Shown here one piece after another: positions 38,617 to 51,000 of a stretch of DNA of 64,000 bases. Position 1 is the first letter of the stretch. Every line of letters starts with the position of its first letter. The DNA is from Squalus acanthias (Eukaryota): assembly GCA_030390025.1 (NCBI GenBank), contig CM059432.1, positions 51,214,001 through 51,278,000 of the forward strand. Reading direction: 5' to 3'. Both the position numbers and the translations under genes were made by a program. The notes below the pieces were generated by a model, which saw only the letters and a program-made list of their open reading frames with translations, did not search any database and had not been told where the DNA came from.

Positions 38617-40614
38617 ATGGAGAGGGTGAGAGAACGCGCTCATCGCTTCACCGAGCGGGCCTTGGATGCTCTGGTTGACGCAGTGGAGCGCAGACGATGC
38701 ATGCTGTTCCCGGAGAGTGGCAGGAGGCCTTTGCCACGCGAGTTCAGAAGAGTGTGGAGGGAGGTGGCTCAGAGCGTCTCCTCCAGGAGCATGGTGCCCA
38801 GGACCCATGTCCAGTGCCGCAAAAAGTTCAACGACCTCACTCGGGTCGTCAGGGTGAGTGGCTTTTTCTCAATACCTCTCCATCCCTCCATCTCAACCTC
38901 ACTCTATGGCCAGAGGGTCTTAAAACCCCAATGCACAACACTCATGCAACACCTATGGCCCTTTCATCAAACACACACACACATTCCACACTTTGCATAC
39001 AGTAAGGGCTATTCACCTATGGGAGGCACATCAGGCAAGACCATGGCTGCATACAGTAAGGGCTATTCACCTATGGGAGGCACATCAGGCAAGACCATGG
39101 CTGTATATTGACTCAGATGTTGTCCTTTTTCTTGCAGGCTAAGCTGGCTCATAATCGGAGACAGCAGCAACGGACGGGTGGAGGGCGGCTTCAGCTGCAA
39201 CCCCTCAGCGATCTGGAGGAGCGCGTCCACAGGATTGTGGCAAGCCGGGTGATCGGTCCCGTCGCCACTGGAGACGCCGACCCCGTTGTGGACAGCAATG
39301 GTAAGGTCATCACCTTTTTGTCCTCTGTCCTTCCACTTGTCCCTCACAATACCAGCCTTTGACACTTTCAATCCAACTTGCTAACTCGCTGCACTTATTC
39401 CTCCCTTATTGCCACCCTGTCCTCACGCTAAAGCCACTCTTGTACCTCCCTGCTTTCAGATGGTGATTCACCAGCTGAGGAGATGGTCCCTGAAGCTGCC
39501 ACTGGGAGTGATGCTGCAGCTGAGGAGGAAGAGGAAGCCGGAGCATCAGTGCCACCCTCTCCCGAGGAAGCCCATGGCCACACTGGGAACACGCCTTCCC
39601 CGGAGGGGAGCAGGGGGGAAGGGGCTGATGATGGTGAAGTTCCAGGACCCAGCGGGCTGCAGCAACGCCATGGGGGGGGGAGGGAAGAACGGGGGAGCAG
39701 GGGGGAAGGGGCTGATGATGGTGAAGTTCCAGGACCCAGCGGGCTGCAGCAACGCCATGGGGGGGGGAGGGAAGAACGGGGGAGCAGGGGGGAAGGGGCT
39801 GATGATGGTGAAGTTCCAGGACCCAGCGGGCTGCAGCAACGCCATGGGGGGGGGGAGGGAAGAACGGGAGCCTTCTCCCCAGAGGGAGAGTATGCCAGAC
39901 ACTCCTAATGCAATGGACGCAGAGGAGGAGCGGCTGATTGCAGAAATGAACAGCCAGGCGGTGGGCATGCACACTGAGCTCATGGGTGCAGTGGGAAGGG
40001 TGCCCGAATGCATTGAGGCACTGGCAAGGAGTGTGGAGCACTTCGCTGTAGCACAGGCGGATGCCACACTAAAGCTTACTGCTGCAATTCAGTCACTGGC
40101 TGCCAGGAACCCATCTGAGCCTGCTCTCATGCAGACTCAGATTGAGGCCACGCGAGCACTGACTGCTGCCATCCTCGATGGTTCGTGCACATGTCCCCGG
40201 GGCTGTCACCGCGCCGCAGCAGGCCAGCAATCTGTTCTCAGGCAAATTGCTCCGGATGCTGAAGTGCTGCCCCGTGGGAGTGCCAGTGTGTCGGGCGAGC
40301 AGGGAGTTGCTGTCCTCTCTCACGATGACAGCATTCCTGCTGCCAACACTGTCACTTCTCCACTGCACTTGCCACCGCCTGTAGGACAGACTGCTGCCGC
40401 CCATGCAGAGTTGGTGCAGTCTGCAGCCGGGCCCTCCAGGCCCAGAAGTGGTCGAGGCCGTCCTTCAGGGGCATCTGCAGTGTCAGGGTCTGACAAGCAG
40501 CAGCCTTCCACCAGCCTTGCTGCAGCCACTGAGGTCCCATTACGGAGGAGCAGTAGGGTTAGAAGGGGGGAAGTGCGCAAGGGAAGGAGATCACCCTCGA
40601 AGGGCAAAAAGTAG
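38617..40614 (+). CDS. Harbinger Myb/SANT-like (trihelix) DNA-binding protein; exons 38617-38853, 39138-39300, 39460-40614; +1 frameshift at the G run 39846-39855
   Basis: RFTERALDALVDAV..W.EVA..V...R...QCRKKFNDL domain. The GT-AG introns have compatible phases (0, 1). Removing one G gives a 517-aa ORF. Confidence 0.85.
39606..39867 (+). repeat. 87-bp coding tandem repeat x3
   Basis: GSRGEGADDGEVPGPSGLQQRHGGGREER repeated; the units are identical except for G-run length. Confidence 0.95.
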
Positions 40615-40908
40615 GAGGTGTGCCAAAATGCTGGTCATTTTTTTATTAAAGGCCGAGGTTCATGGCCCAACTTTTGTTTAGTGTTTTGGACATTATCTCC
40701 AGGTTGTGAGAACCAGTTATGTTATTGACTGTTTTTTTGTGTTTATTTCTATGAGTTTGTCATGAGGAATTGACACACACAGAGTTTGTACAATAAATAA
40801 GTTTCTGTATTCAAAATATACATGGCTGGTGGTTGGAATTATTGGTGCCTTGGCCGGCTTAGGGGTTGCGTGCTGGGTTGATTCGTGTTTGTAGCACTGG
40901 CAGGGGCC

Positions 40909-42069
40909 CTAGAAGCGGCTTGCTATTAGTCGTTGACGGACGGCCCTTGCAGTTTGACCATTGTGGGCCGCCCTCCTGCCTTGGTGCTGCTGCTGATCAT
41001 CGTCCTCGGCCTGTTCCTCCTCTTCCTCCTCCTCCTCTTGTGGTGCTGCAAGGCCTGGTGGCATTGGCTGCGTCCTGAGGATTGCCATGTTGTGCAACAT
41101 GCAGCACACCACTACGAATTTGGAAACTTGCTCAGGCGAGTACTGCAGGGCTCCTCCGGAATGGTCCAGACAGCGGAATCGTTGTTTGAGCACGCCGATT
41201 GTGCGCTCAATAATGTTCCTCGTTGCTTGTTGGCTTTCCTGGTACCGCAGCTCAGCAGGGGTGTTTGGCGCACGGAGCGGTGTCATCAGCCAGGTGCTCA
41301 ATGCGTACCCCTTGTCCCCCAGAAGCCAACCAACTGGCTGATGCGGTGCCTCGAAAATTTCTGCCACAGTACTCTGGCGCAGGATGAAAGCATCGTGGCA
41401 GCTGCCCGGATAGTGGGCATTGACAGCGAGAATCACCTGTCTGTGGTCACAGACCAACTGCACATTCAAGGAATGGAACCCCTTTCTGTTCCGGAACTCC
41501 TCTGCATTCTCTCGCGGAGCACGCAAAGCCACATGCGTGCAGTCAATGGCGCCCTGCACCATGGGGAAGCCCGCTACCCTCGCAAAGCCCATAGCACGGT
41601 CATGCTGCTTGTCTGGGGTCATAGGGAAGGAGATGAAGTCTCGTCTCCTTGTGAAGAGGGCATTGGTGACCTGCCGGATGCAGCGATGCACCGCAAACTG
41701 GGAGATATTGGCGAGGTCCCCAACAGCAGCTTGGAATGAGCCAGTGGCGTAGAAGTTCAAAGCCACTGTGACCTTCACTGCCACCGACAGAGACGTCCTG
41801 GACCTCAGCTGAGGCTGCAGATCTGGCTGCAGCAGGTGGCAGAGCTCAGTGACCACCTCCTTGCTGAATCGCAGCCTTCGCAAACACAGCTCCTCGGACA
41901 TGTGGATGTAGGAGAGCTGTTCACGATATACCCTGGGAGGGTAAGCTCTCCTGTACATGCGCCTGATGGGCCTCCTCCGTCTGGCCATCATTGCCACTCT
42001 CTGTCTGCGTCTCACTCTCCTCCGATTGAGCTGGAGCAGGACGACGCCCCCAATCATTGCAGCCCCCAT
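40909..42069 (-). CDS. Harbinger (HARBI1-like, DDE_Tnp_4) transposase, 386 aa, intact
   Basis: Uninterrupted ORF with GAIDCTHV, NRKGFHSLNVQ.VCD, PGS.HD, LGDKGY, R..IERTIGVLKQRFRCL and CCMLHN, plus an acidic tail. Confidence 0.95.
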   Translation of the reverse strand: MGAAMIGGVVLLQLNRRRVRRRQRVAMMARRRRPIRRMYRRAYPPRVYREQLSYIHMSEELCLRRLRFSKEVVTELCHLLQPDLQPQLRSRTSLSVAVKVTVALNFYATGSFQAAVGDLANISQFAVHRCIRQVTNALFTRRRDFISFPMTPDKQHDRAMGFARVAGFPMVQGAIDCTHVALRAPRENAEEFRNRKGFHSLNVQLVCDHRQVILAVNAHYPGSCHDAFILRQSTVAEIFEAPHQPVGWLLGDKGYALSTWLMTPLRAPNTPAELRYQESQQATRNIIERTIGVLKQRFRCLDHSGGALQYSPEQVSKFVVVCCMLHNMAILRTQPMPPGLAAPQEEEEEEEEQAEDDDQQQHQGRRAAHNGQTARAVRQRLIASRF

Positions 42070-42920
42070 CTTCTCTTTGCCAGAAAAGTAATGAGGTACA
42101 GCAACGAAAGTAGCAGCAAAGTTAGGATGAACTAGGCCAAACTACCTCACAAAGCGTTGAGTCAATGTAGAAGTCTCTCTCTCTCTCTCCGAATCTCTCT
42201 CTCTCTCTCAGAACGAGTGGTGCATAAATGTCGACCACAGAAAAAGACAGGAAGAGGCCCCCTTTAAATAGCGCCCCCCCCAGCCCCACACCGATTGATA
42301 ACGTTCCAGTCTTCCGGTCGTTGGAAGCGCCAGGCGGTAAGGCAGGGGGCGCCACTCAATTTCCGCTCCGGGGCGCCCCAAGGGCGTTGCACCACGGAAT
42401 GACGTCACAATCTGCGCGCGCAGGTGGTCGCAGCGGTAAGTTTTAGCGCCGCCGCACAATCTCAAGTTAAGTTCTCGAGCGGCGCAAACAGCGCTGCGCC
42501 CGGGCGTTAGCGCCTTAACGCCCCATTAGCGCCCATTTAAGGCGCTAACGGGAGGCGCAACCAACTGAATTTTTACCCCCAGGTGTTCCAAACAATAGAA
42601 CTATTGCTTCAGCAACCCTGTGGTGTTGCTCCACTGTGACTCAAGTGGTGGCATGGGTCTTATAGTACCAATGCTTTGTTGCTGCGTGTGCATTGTGATT
42701 TGGTTTCGGGAGTCAAGCTGCAATGGGTAGCCTTGCTCTCCCAAGACCCATCTAGATATCCTGTTACCATCTTCAAACAACGTGGAAAATGCGAATGGTG
42801 TTCCCTGGATATATTACATTAGCATTATGGATGACAATGTGGTCTGAAACAACCTGCATGTTAAGGGAATGGAAACTTTTCTGGTTCCTGTGGGTATTCA
42901 GCTTATGCTAAACAGCCCTG

Positions 42921-44340
42921 ATAAAAACAGAAAATGCTGGAAATACTCAGCAGGTCAGGCAGCATGTGTGGAGAGAGAAACAGAGTTAACGGCCGTGATT
43001 TCCCCTACCTCGGCGGATCCGGTGCCAGTTTCCTTAAAGGGACCATGTGCAAATTGATTTTGACAGTTGTTCTGTCAGTGTTCTACAGCATTGAGGTGCT
43101 GCCAACACTGACAAGCCCTGCACAATGGTGCACGGCTTCACCCAGGCTCTCCCATGACTCCCTCCATATGCTTATTGAGGGAGTCACAGCATGCAGGGTG
43201 GTCCTCTTCCCTTCCCATGGGCAGAAGAGACCTCCCCAGGAGATCAATGCAGCCTGGTTGCACATTGCACAGGAGGACACAAGCAGAGATGTCATCAGGA
43301 GGACCAGGCTGCAGTGGCGCAAATCTTTCAATGATCTCAGTAGATCACAAAACGTTACTGCAAAGCCACACTCAACCTCATCCTGCTGTGCCACTCATCA
43401 CATCCCCATCACTCTGCCTTCCCTACTCTACTCCTGCACATCGTTACTCACACCAACTTACCTTGCACCTCCACCTATCCCTCTCTAACTACATTATCAC
43501 TTCCCCATCTCACTAGGCACCTCTCACACTCACCCTCATCCTAGTCCAATCATACCAACTAACAACACACAAGGGTAGGCACTTGTGTGTTTTAGCCAAT
43601 GTTCATGTGAAGTTTCTGTTAATGTGCTGTCAAACATTGAAATCTTTATTTTCAGCACTTTGCGTTCTGTCAATGGTGAGAGAGGTTGTTCCAATGAAGT
43701 GACACTGGATACAAAGTTTACTCCAAACACTTGCAACCTGCATAAAGCTCAATCTGTCTTCCAAATGCAGTAAGCAACAGTGAGCTTGGAAAGTGAACAG
43801 CTGTGAGATGGGAGCTTTTATAGCACATTTGCAGCTGTCAAGTAAAGAGATGATTTCATGGTAACACAACTCCCGACCTCCTTACCTGACGTGATCCCTG
43901 AGCAGCGTGGACCCCATTGGCGGCTTCATAAAATTTAAAGCTGAGCTCAAAATACTTTTTATGTGGCTCTTAACAAGTTCATAATGACCTAAATTGCCTC
44001 CCCCGCCACTGCGGGTTGGGTCTGTTCAGTGTTGACAGACCCAACATCTGGGAAAGTTGCGAGGCAGCGGGTTGACAGCGGATTCCCGACCCACTGCTGG
44101 AAGCTTGGGGTGACGCTTGCGGTCTGAAAGGAGGTGTTCCGCAAAGCAGTCACCCAAACTGCGTTTGGTCTCCCCAATGTAGAGGAGACCGCATTGTGAG
44201 CAGTGAATACGGTATAATAAATTGCAAGAAGTACAAATAAATCGCTGTTTCACTGGAAGGAGTGTTTGGGGCACTGGAAGGTGGGAAGGGAGGAAGTAAA
44301 AGGGCAGGTGTTGCATCTCCTGTGCTTGCATGGGAAGGTG
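42921..44340 (-). mobile_element. Penelope-like element fragments (pseudo-LTR plus GIY-YIG endonuclease) split by a Harbinger derivative (~42990-44100)
   Basis: FICTSCNLLYRIHCSQCGLLYIGETKRSLGDCFAEHL is a PLE GIY-YIG motif. The inner segment carries AAWLHIAQE..QWRKSFNDL (Myb/SANT). Confidence 0.8.
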
Positions 44341-44344
44341 CATG

Positions 44345-44850
44345 ATGGCTACTTTGGTGCAGTTTAAGATGTTCTGGACTGCCTGTTGGGAAGGCCTGCC
44401 AGTTTGTAAAGTTTTGTACCCTGTTCAGTTGCTGTCTCCTTTGCCCTAGGAAAATGATGAAGTGATTTCCCTGGCCAAGTATGGTATCAGGGATTTGGTT
44501 AATGGAGGTATGGACTACAGATTGGCTGATTTTTTTTCAGTGGCAGTATAATTTGGCACAGAAGCCAAATGAGTTTGTCACCTTCACAGCAATAGGCAGA
44601 GTTGCCCTAATCCTTGATGCAGTCTGCAACAGATGGCATAGCTCTGTCGCAGACAGCATAACTCTATTACTGCATTTGCAGTGAAGCTGAGGAGCCAAGG
44701 AGAGGTCTCATCTGACATTTCGTCAAAGGAGTGACGTGCACTGTACCAGGTCGTGAAGTAGTAGCCGTTTGTGAGGCGTCTTTGTACCTGCAGATATTGC
44801 CTTAGAGAGCATAGATGATAATGCCGTGGGCAGAGCCTCTCCTAAACTCA
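44345..44850 (-). pseudogene. Ancient Harbinger/HARBI1-like transposase remnant
   Basis: Manual minus-strand translation across frameshifts gives SFDEMSDE..LSFTANAVIELC, RATLPIAVKVT, ISQSVVH.SI.QI, AGLP and LNCTKVAI. Confidence 0.6.
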
Positions 44851-45036
44851 TGAAATTTGACGAGGGACCTGAAATGGTTTATCTAAATATTTAAAGGAGG
44901 CCCATGCATGCCAGTAGCACATCCTCCATGAACTGCACCAAATTGTGCCTCACAAACTGGATGCAGAAGGAATTGGAGGCACAAGGTCTTGTGCCTGATT
45001 TTATAACCTCTGCTGCCACATATGAATGATTGGGGT

Positions 45037-46678
45037 TGTAAAGTTTCGCAATTATCGCGATTCGAAATAACAAGATAGAAGCAGATTTGTTTGATCAGTT
45101 TATTTAAATGAAATGCTGTCATGATATAAAGGACACAGAAGCCTGTAAAATGGCCGCTGCGCATCGTGGCAGAAGCTTCTAGAATTACAGTGGGCAGACA
45201 AGATGGCGTTCGAATATACATTCAATATAAGATTGGATCATACTCGATAAACACTGATAAAGACAGGATGCAACCTGTTTGCATTTGTGACAATAGCAAA
45301 GATATAAGTGCTGGAATCGTTTTCCATGCACAAGTAAGGACCATTGTACTGGGCAATCGAAGGCCCATCCAGACACATCAATACACAAATACCCCCACGG
45401 CTCTACAATGAGAGAGACATTGACGGATGATTAAGTCAGTATTCGGGGGCCCCCAAAACCAGTCAGGGAGACGATTCATACAATCCTGGCTGGGTCAGCA
45501 ATGGGGAAAACATTAACGGGTAGTTGGCCAGTTTCAGGTGCTACCGAAACCCGTTAAAGAAGACAACCGCCCCATGCTGGGAGTTTTGTGCACCAGTATT
45601 ACACAAAGGACAAACATTAAGATTTGAGCGGGAGATAAGGGAACACAGCACTATAACTATAGTGAACAAATGTCCATCGGTCTCTTGATTCGACTCTTAT
45701 TCTCTTATTCTGATCCTCGGGTATCGCTCTGCTGGACGAGCAGCCTTCTGTGTTTCTCTGGACTTTGTTGACTCTTGACTTTTAGCCGTACTGGTCGGTT
45801 ATTCGAATGTGGGGTGGAGCTCAATCGGAACGAGCCGCCCCGACAAGGGCAAGTAACAGGGTGCACCATCCCGAGTGTCGGTAAACAGTGTCTGGACCCG
45901 GAGTCCCGAAGAGACGAGACGAGATGAGAAGAAAAGAAGAAGAATTCACGTGCCGCCACGGTCAGTAAACCCCGATCGCGCCCGAAAATATAAATAAAGA
46001 ACTCTTCATTGAAATCTACCGACAACCGGTGTCGGGAACAGGAAGACTCTTCTTTGAACTGTGTCCGAGTTCTACCGAGTTCTTCATGACAACAGAGAGC
46101 CCGGCCTGCTTGTCGCAGCAGCGAAGATAAACAAGTGGGGTACAGAGACCCCTCCAAACACGTGACAGTCAGGCGCTGCAGCGAACGAGCCGAGTGCCTC
46201 ATTTTAAAATTCTCCGAAGTATCACGAGTGGTGAGCATGTTTCCCGATCCTACAAATCTAGACGTAGTGTAGGTATTGATAAGGGAGGGTGGTTTTATTA
46301 AGGATAAAGTATAATGTGTTCCCCTTTTTACGATGTGCCGTGCGTTCTTCATTACCATAGACCAAGCTTTATGAATGTATGTATACTTGTACTCTCGTTA
46401 ATTTGCGCCTATGACATGTACTTCATGATCTTGGATGCTATGCAATAAAGATTTCCATTTTGTACTATTCAACCGAGTCTATTTGAGTTTTTCTCTGCAT
46501 TACTGCTCTCGCACCTAAGTCCAGTGTTAGAACCGTAAGGGCGAGTGGGTCGAACCACTCACAGGTGCTTATTGCAACAAGGCTGGCCGGAGACCAGAGC
46601 AAGCAATAGTTTTAGGCAATGAAGGCCTAACCTCGCACCAGCACCGTCTGTGATACAAGCACGACAAAACCCCTTACA
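45037..46678 (+). mobile_element. Solo LTR (1642 bp) of an LTR retrotransposon or ERV
   Basis: TGTAA...TTACA ends, a perfect 4-bp TSD GGGT (45033-36, 46679-82), AATAAA at 46444-49, CpG-rich. Confidence 0.88.
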
Positions 46679-48014
46679 GGGTCTCATAAAATTTATGTTT
46701 AATACTGTAGTGTTTCATATACAATTCCTGAACACATATGTTGCTGTAAATTGGATAAGCTAAATGCCTGATAGCAGCAGATAAGCCGATGTTTAAAATC
46801 CAGATGAGATTTGCTGATGATGTGGAACTCATTGATTTGTCTTTCATCCACAACAGCCCCAGCAGTTCAGCATAAATGATGTATGTCCCCAGTGAAAATA
46901 GCATACCATTTCTCTACAGTAAGTATGTAAGACCAGTTCCAGGGACAGCTTTTAACACAGTATCTTGGAAAAATCATTAAAACACATTCTTCATGTCTGG
47001 ACCTTTGCTGTAGTAGTGGAAACATGCAAAACAAATCCACTGCAGTGCATGTTCCTGATTTGAGAGTCCCGTTGGTAAACATGCCTGGTTTATTTTTTGA
47101 CATTAAATGAGAGCCTATTTCCCTGAGTGGCGTTCCCGGCAGTATGCGATTAAACATTAATAACATATTTGCTGCATCCATTCATAAAAGCAAACATGTG
47201 TACAGGCAGAGAGTGCAGGAAAATAGATTTGAGGAATGAGTTATGTACTGATCTCCCAAACCATTCTTATTATCTGTTCCTGTGGTTTTAGGCTGGTGAG
47301 TGCAATATAAAAGCATGACATTATTTGCTGCAGTCTTAACCATGTAGATTCTGAAGAATTTAATTTGTTAGACAATAAAATAATGTAACAGTAATGAAGA
47401 TAAATTACTTTGGTAATTTTTCTTATTCTGTTTAAAACCCTTTACGTTATTTACAAATGTATCAGCATATGAAAAAATCCTGTACTTGTTTATATGTACA
47501 GGACATCCAAATGCAAACTGTATTTCTAGTATATTTGAGGCTCTCGAAATTCAGCAAATTTTGTCAGAACAACAAATTAACTCTCATTTGCTTGAATTGT
47601 GTTATCATTATCAGCAGAACATTTGGCATTTGCAAGAAAAACAGATATTTTTTGAAAGGCACAGCGGGCAAGAAATTCGTGGCCTTAGCACCACTACGTA
47701 GCGCCATTAAACGGCCGCCATCTTTTCGCCAGCTCCCTACCTTTGCGCTGCCACTAACTGGCAGCGCCACCTCCAACAAAATGGTGGAATTGTGACGTAA
47801 ATCAGCGTGCAACGCCAATTTTAGGTCACTAGCGCGAACTTTGACCCTAGTGCTGAATTCAGTGCTGGGTCCTAAGCATGCGTGCAAGCAGGCTGACAGT
47901 GGCGATGTCTGCACCTCTTAAAGGGACACACACATCATTCAGGTAAGTTTGTGAAAAGTTTTTTAAGTGTGCAGGGAATGCTGCTGGATGCGTGCAAGGG
48001 CTCGGATGGTAAAT

Positions 48015-51000
48015 GAACATAAGAACATAAGAACATAAGAAATAGGAGCAGAAGTAGGCCATTCGGCCCCTCGAGCCTGTTCCACCATTCAATAAGATCA
48101 TGGCTGATCTTCTACCTCTACTCCACCTTCCTGCACTATCCCATATCCCTTGATACCCTTAATATCCAAAAATCTATCGATCTTTGTCTTGAATATACTC
48201 AATGACTGAACCTCCACAGCCCTCTGGGGTAGAGAATTCCAAAGATTCACCACCCTCTGAGTAAAGAAATTTCTCCTTATCTCAGTCCTAAATGGCCGAC
48301 CCCTTATTCTGAGACTGTGACCCCTGGGATATGGGATAGTGCAGGAAGGTGGAGTAGAGGTAGAAGATCCCCCATGATCTTATTGAATGGTGGAACAGGC
48401 TCGAGGGGCCGAATGACCCCTGGTTCCAGACTCCCCAGCCAGGGGAAACATCCTCCCTGCATCTACCCTGTCAAGCCCTGTAAGAATTTTGTATGTTTCA
48501 ATGAGATCACCTCTCATTCTTCTAAACTCCAGAGAATATAGGTCCTAGTCTACTCAATCTCTCCTCATAGGACAATCCCCCCATCCCAAGAATCAGTCTG
48601 GTGAACATTCGTTGCACTCCCTCTATGACAAGAAAGGAGGTAAGGAGACCAAAACTATACACAATACTCCAGGTGTGGTCTCACCAGGGCCCTATATAAT
48701 TGCAGTAAGACATCTTTACTCTTATACTCAAATCCTCTTGTAATAAAGGCCAACATACCATTTGATTTCTTAATTGCTTGCTGTACCTGCATGTTAACTT
48801 TCAGTGATTCGTGTACAAGGACACCCAGGTCCCTCTGGACACCAACATTTCCCAATCTCTCACCATTTAAAAAATACTCTGCTTTTCTATTTTTCCTACC
48901 AAAGTGGATAACTTCACATTTCTCCACATTATATTCCATTTGCCATGTTCTTGCCCACTCACTTAGCTTGTCTATATCCCCTTGAAGCCTCTTTGCATCC
49001 TCCTCACAACTTACATTCCCACCCATCAGCAAACTTGGATATATTACATTTGTTCCCCTCATCCAAATTATTGATAGTTACAGCCTGCCAACCCGAAAAT
49101 GACCCGTTTATTCCTATTCTCTGTTTTCTGTCCATTAACCAATCTTCAATCCATGCTAATATATTACCCCCAATCACATGAGCCCTAATTTTGTTTAATA
49201 ACCTCTTGTATGGCACCTTATCGAATGCCTTCTGAAAATCCAAATACACCACATCCACTGGTTCCCCCTTATCTATTCTGCTAGTTACATGATTTCCCTT
49301 TCATAAATCCGTGTTGACTCTGCCCAATCCTATTATTATTTTCTCCAAGTGCCCGGTTACCACGTCCTTAATAATAGATTCTAGCATTTTCCCTACTACT
49401 GTTGTCAGGCTAACTGGTCTGTAGTTCCCCATTCTCTTTCTCCCTCCTTTCTTAAATAGTGGGGTTACATTTGCTACCTTCCAATCCGCGGGAAGATGAC
49501 AACCAATGCATCCACTATCTCTATAGCCACCTCTTTTAAAACCCTAGGATGTAGGCCATCAGGTCTAGGGGATTTATTGGCTTTCAGTCCCATTAATTTC
49601 TCCAGTACTATTTTTTTACTAATACTAATTTCTTTCAGTTCCTCATTCTCCACACTATTACTGCAAATTTGGTTTGCCCAGTCTATATGTAGGTTAAAGT
49701 CCCCCATGATTACTGTATTACCGTTGTTACACGTGCCTCTAATTCCTGATTTATACTCTGCCCTACATTACAACTATTGTTTGGAGGCCTATAAACAACT
49801 CCCACCAATGTTTTCTGCCCCTTGCTGTTTTAAGCTCCACCCAAACTGATTCTACTTCTTGATTTTCAGCGCTAAGATCCTTTCTCTCTACTGTCTTTAT
49901 CCCATCCTTTATTATCAGGGCTACCCCTCTTCCTTTTCCATTTTGCCTATCTCTTCTAAAAGTTAAGTATCCTGGAATATTTAGTTCCCAACCTTAGTCA
50001 CTTTGCAACCACATCTCTGTAATAGCTATTAGATCAAACCTATTGGCCTGAAAATTAAACCTAATACACGAGAGTACGCACTGTGTACTCTCGCGTATTA
50101 GATCCCGAATTGCCGGTTTCCTGCATGCACTGTGCATGCGCGGGAAACCGGCACTTCGTGAATTGAAAAGGGGGCGGTTCCTAAGTGAACCGCGTGCGCA
50201 CTACAGGCTATGCGCATGCAGTGCACTTATTTTTTTTTTCAGCTTTGAACGCGCAGGTAAGTGGTAAGGATTTTACACACAAAGAAAGCAGGCGTAGGAC
50301 CCCCTTTTAACAAGGTAAGTAGTTAATTAAGTGTTATTTTTAATTTTTTTCAACAGGTTTATCTTTTTTAGAGACTTTAAAGAAAGGTAAGTTTATTTTT
50401 ATAACTTTTAAAAAGATTTTAAATTTTTTCAAAAATTAAATTTTTTGTTTAAAGTGGTTAATTTATTTAACTATACTTATTTTATTAATGTGATGGATTT
50501 TTTTAAATTTAATTGAGGTTTAGCTGTTCTTTTGGGGGTTTGTAGTATTCATAGCTTTGACAGCTCTTGCCGTCAAAACTATGAATGAAAGATGGTGTGC
50601 TGCCATTGGCTCTAACTGAATCACGTGATCCCAGAGCTCGCACAAACTAATTGCGCCTCTGGGTCACGCAAGCACTGCACGGTTCCAACAGAGAGAGCCT
50701 TTGAAACTAAAGTTCGTGTGGGCCCGGAGCAAAAAGGTAGGCGCGGAGTGCGATATCGCGGGGAATCCTTACCCCCGCGGGAACCATCCATATTTAATTT
50801 CTGGGCCAATAATTTCTATCTCCGCTATTAATTCATCTATTTTGTTGCAACTGCTTCACGCATTCAGATATAATGCGTTTAGCTTTGATTTTTTTTCTAT
50901 TTTTCCCTGATGTTACCTTAGTCACTGTTGCCCTATTACCTTTGTTACACTCTCTGTCCCTTCCTGACCCACGCTGCTTATTTTTATCCAAAACTCTGCT

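Larger units (their letters stand above)
38241..42579. mobile_element. Full-length autonomous-type PIF/Harbinger DNA transposon (4339 bp)
   Basis: TIR ggggtagaaatt/aatttttacccc with a CAG TSD (38238-40, 42580-82). It has GC-rich subterminal repeats, two convergent genes and high CpG retention. Confidence 0.95.

Noticed and set aside
39409..39845. N-terminus of the 401-aa ORF (MMVKFQDPAG repeats)
   Set aside because: Wrong frame. Splice phase puts exon 3 in the 39483 frame up to the G run; only the part after 39855 is the true frame.
40933..41739. 268-aa + strand ORF
   Set aside because: Antisense shadow of the GC-rich transposase ORF.
40909..42069. Calling this the domesticated host gene HARBI1
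   Set aside because: It lies within TIRs and a TSD next to a Myb partner and has decayed relatives in the window.
45705..46358. 217-aa minus-strand ORF in the solo LTR
   Set aside because: No recognisable motif; likely a chance ORF.
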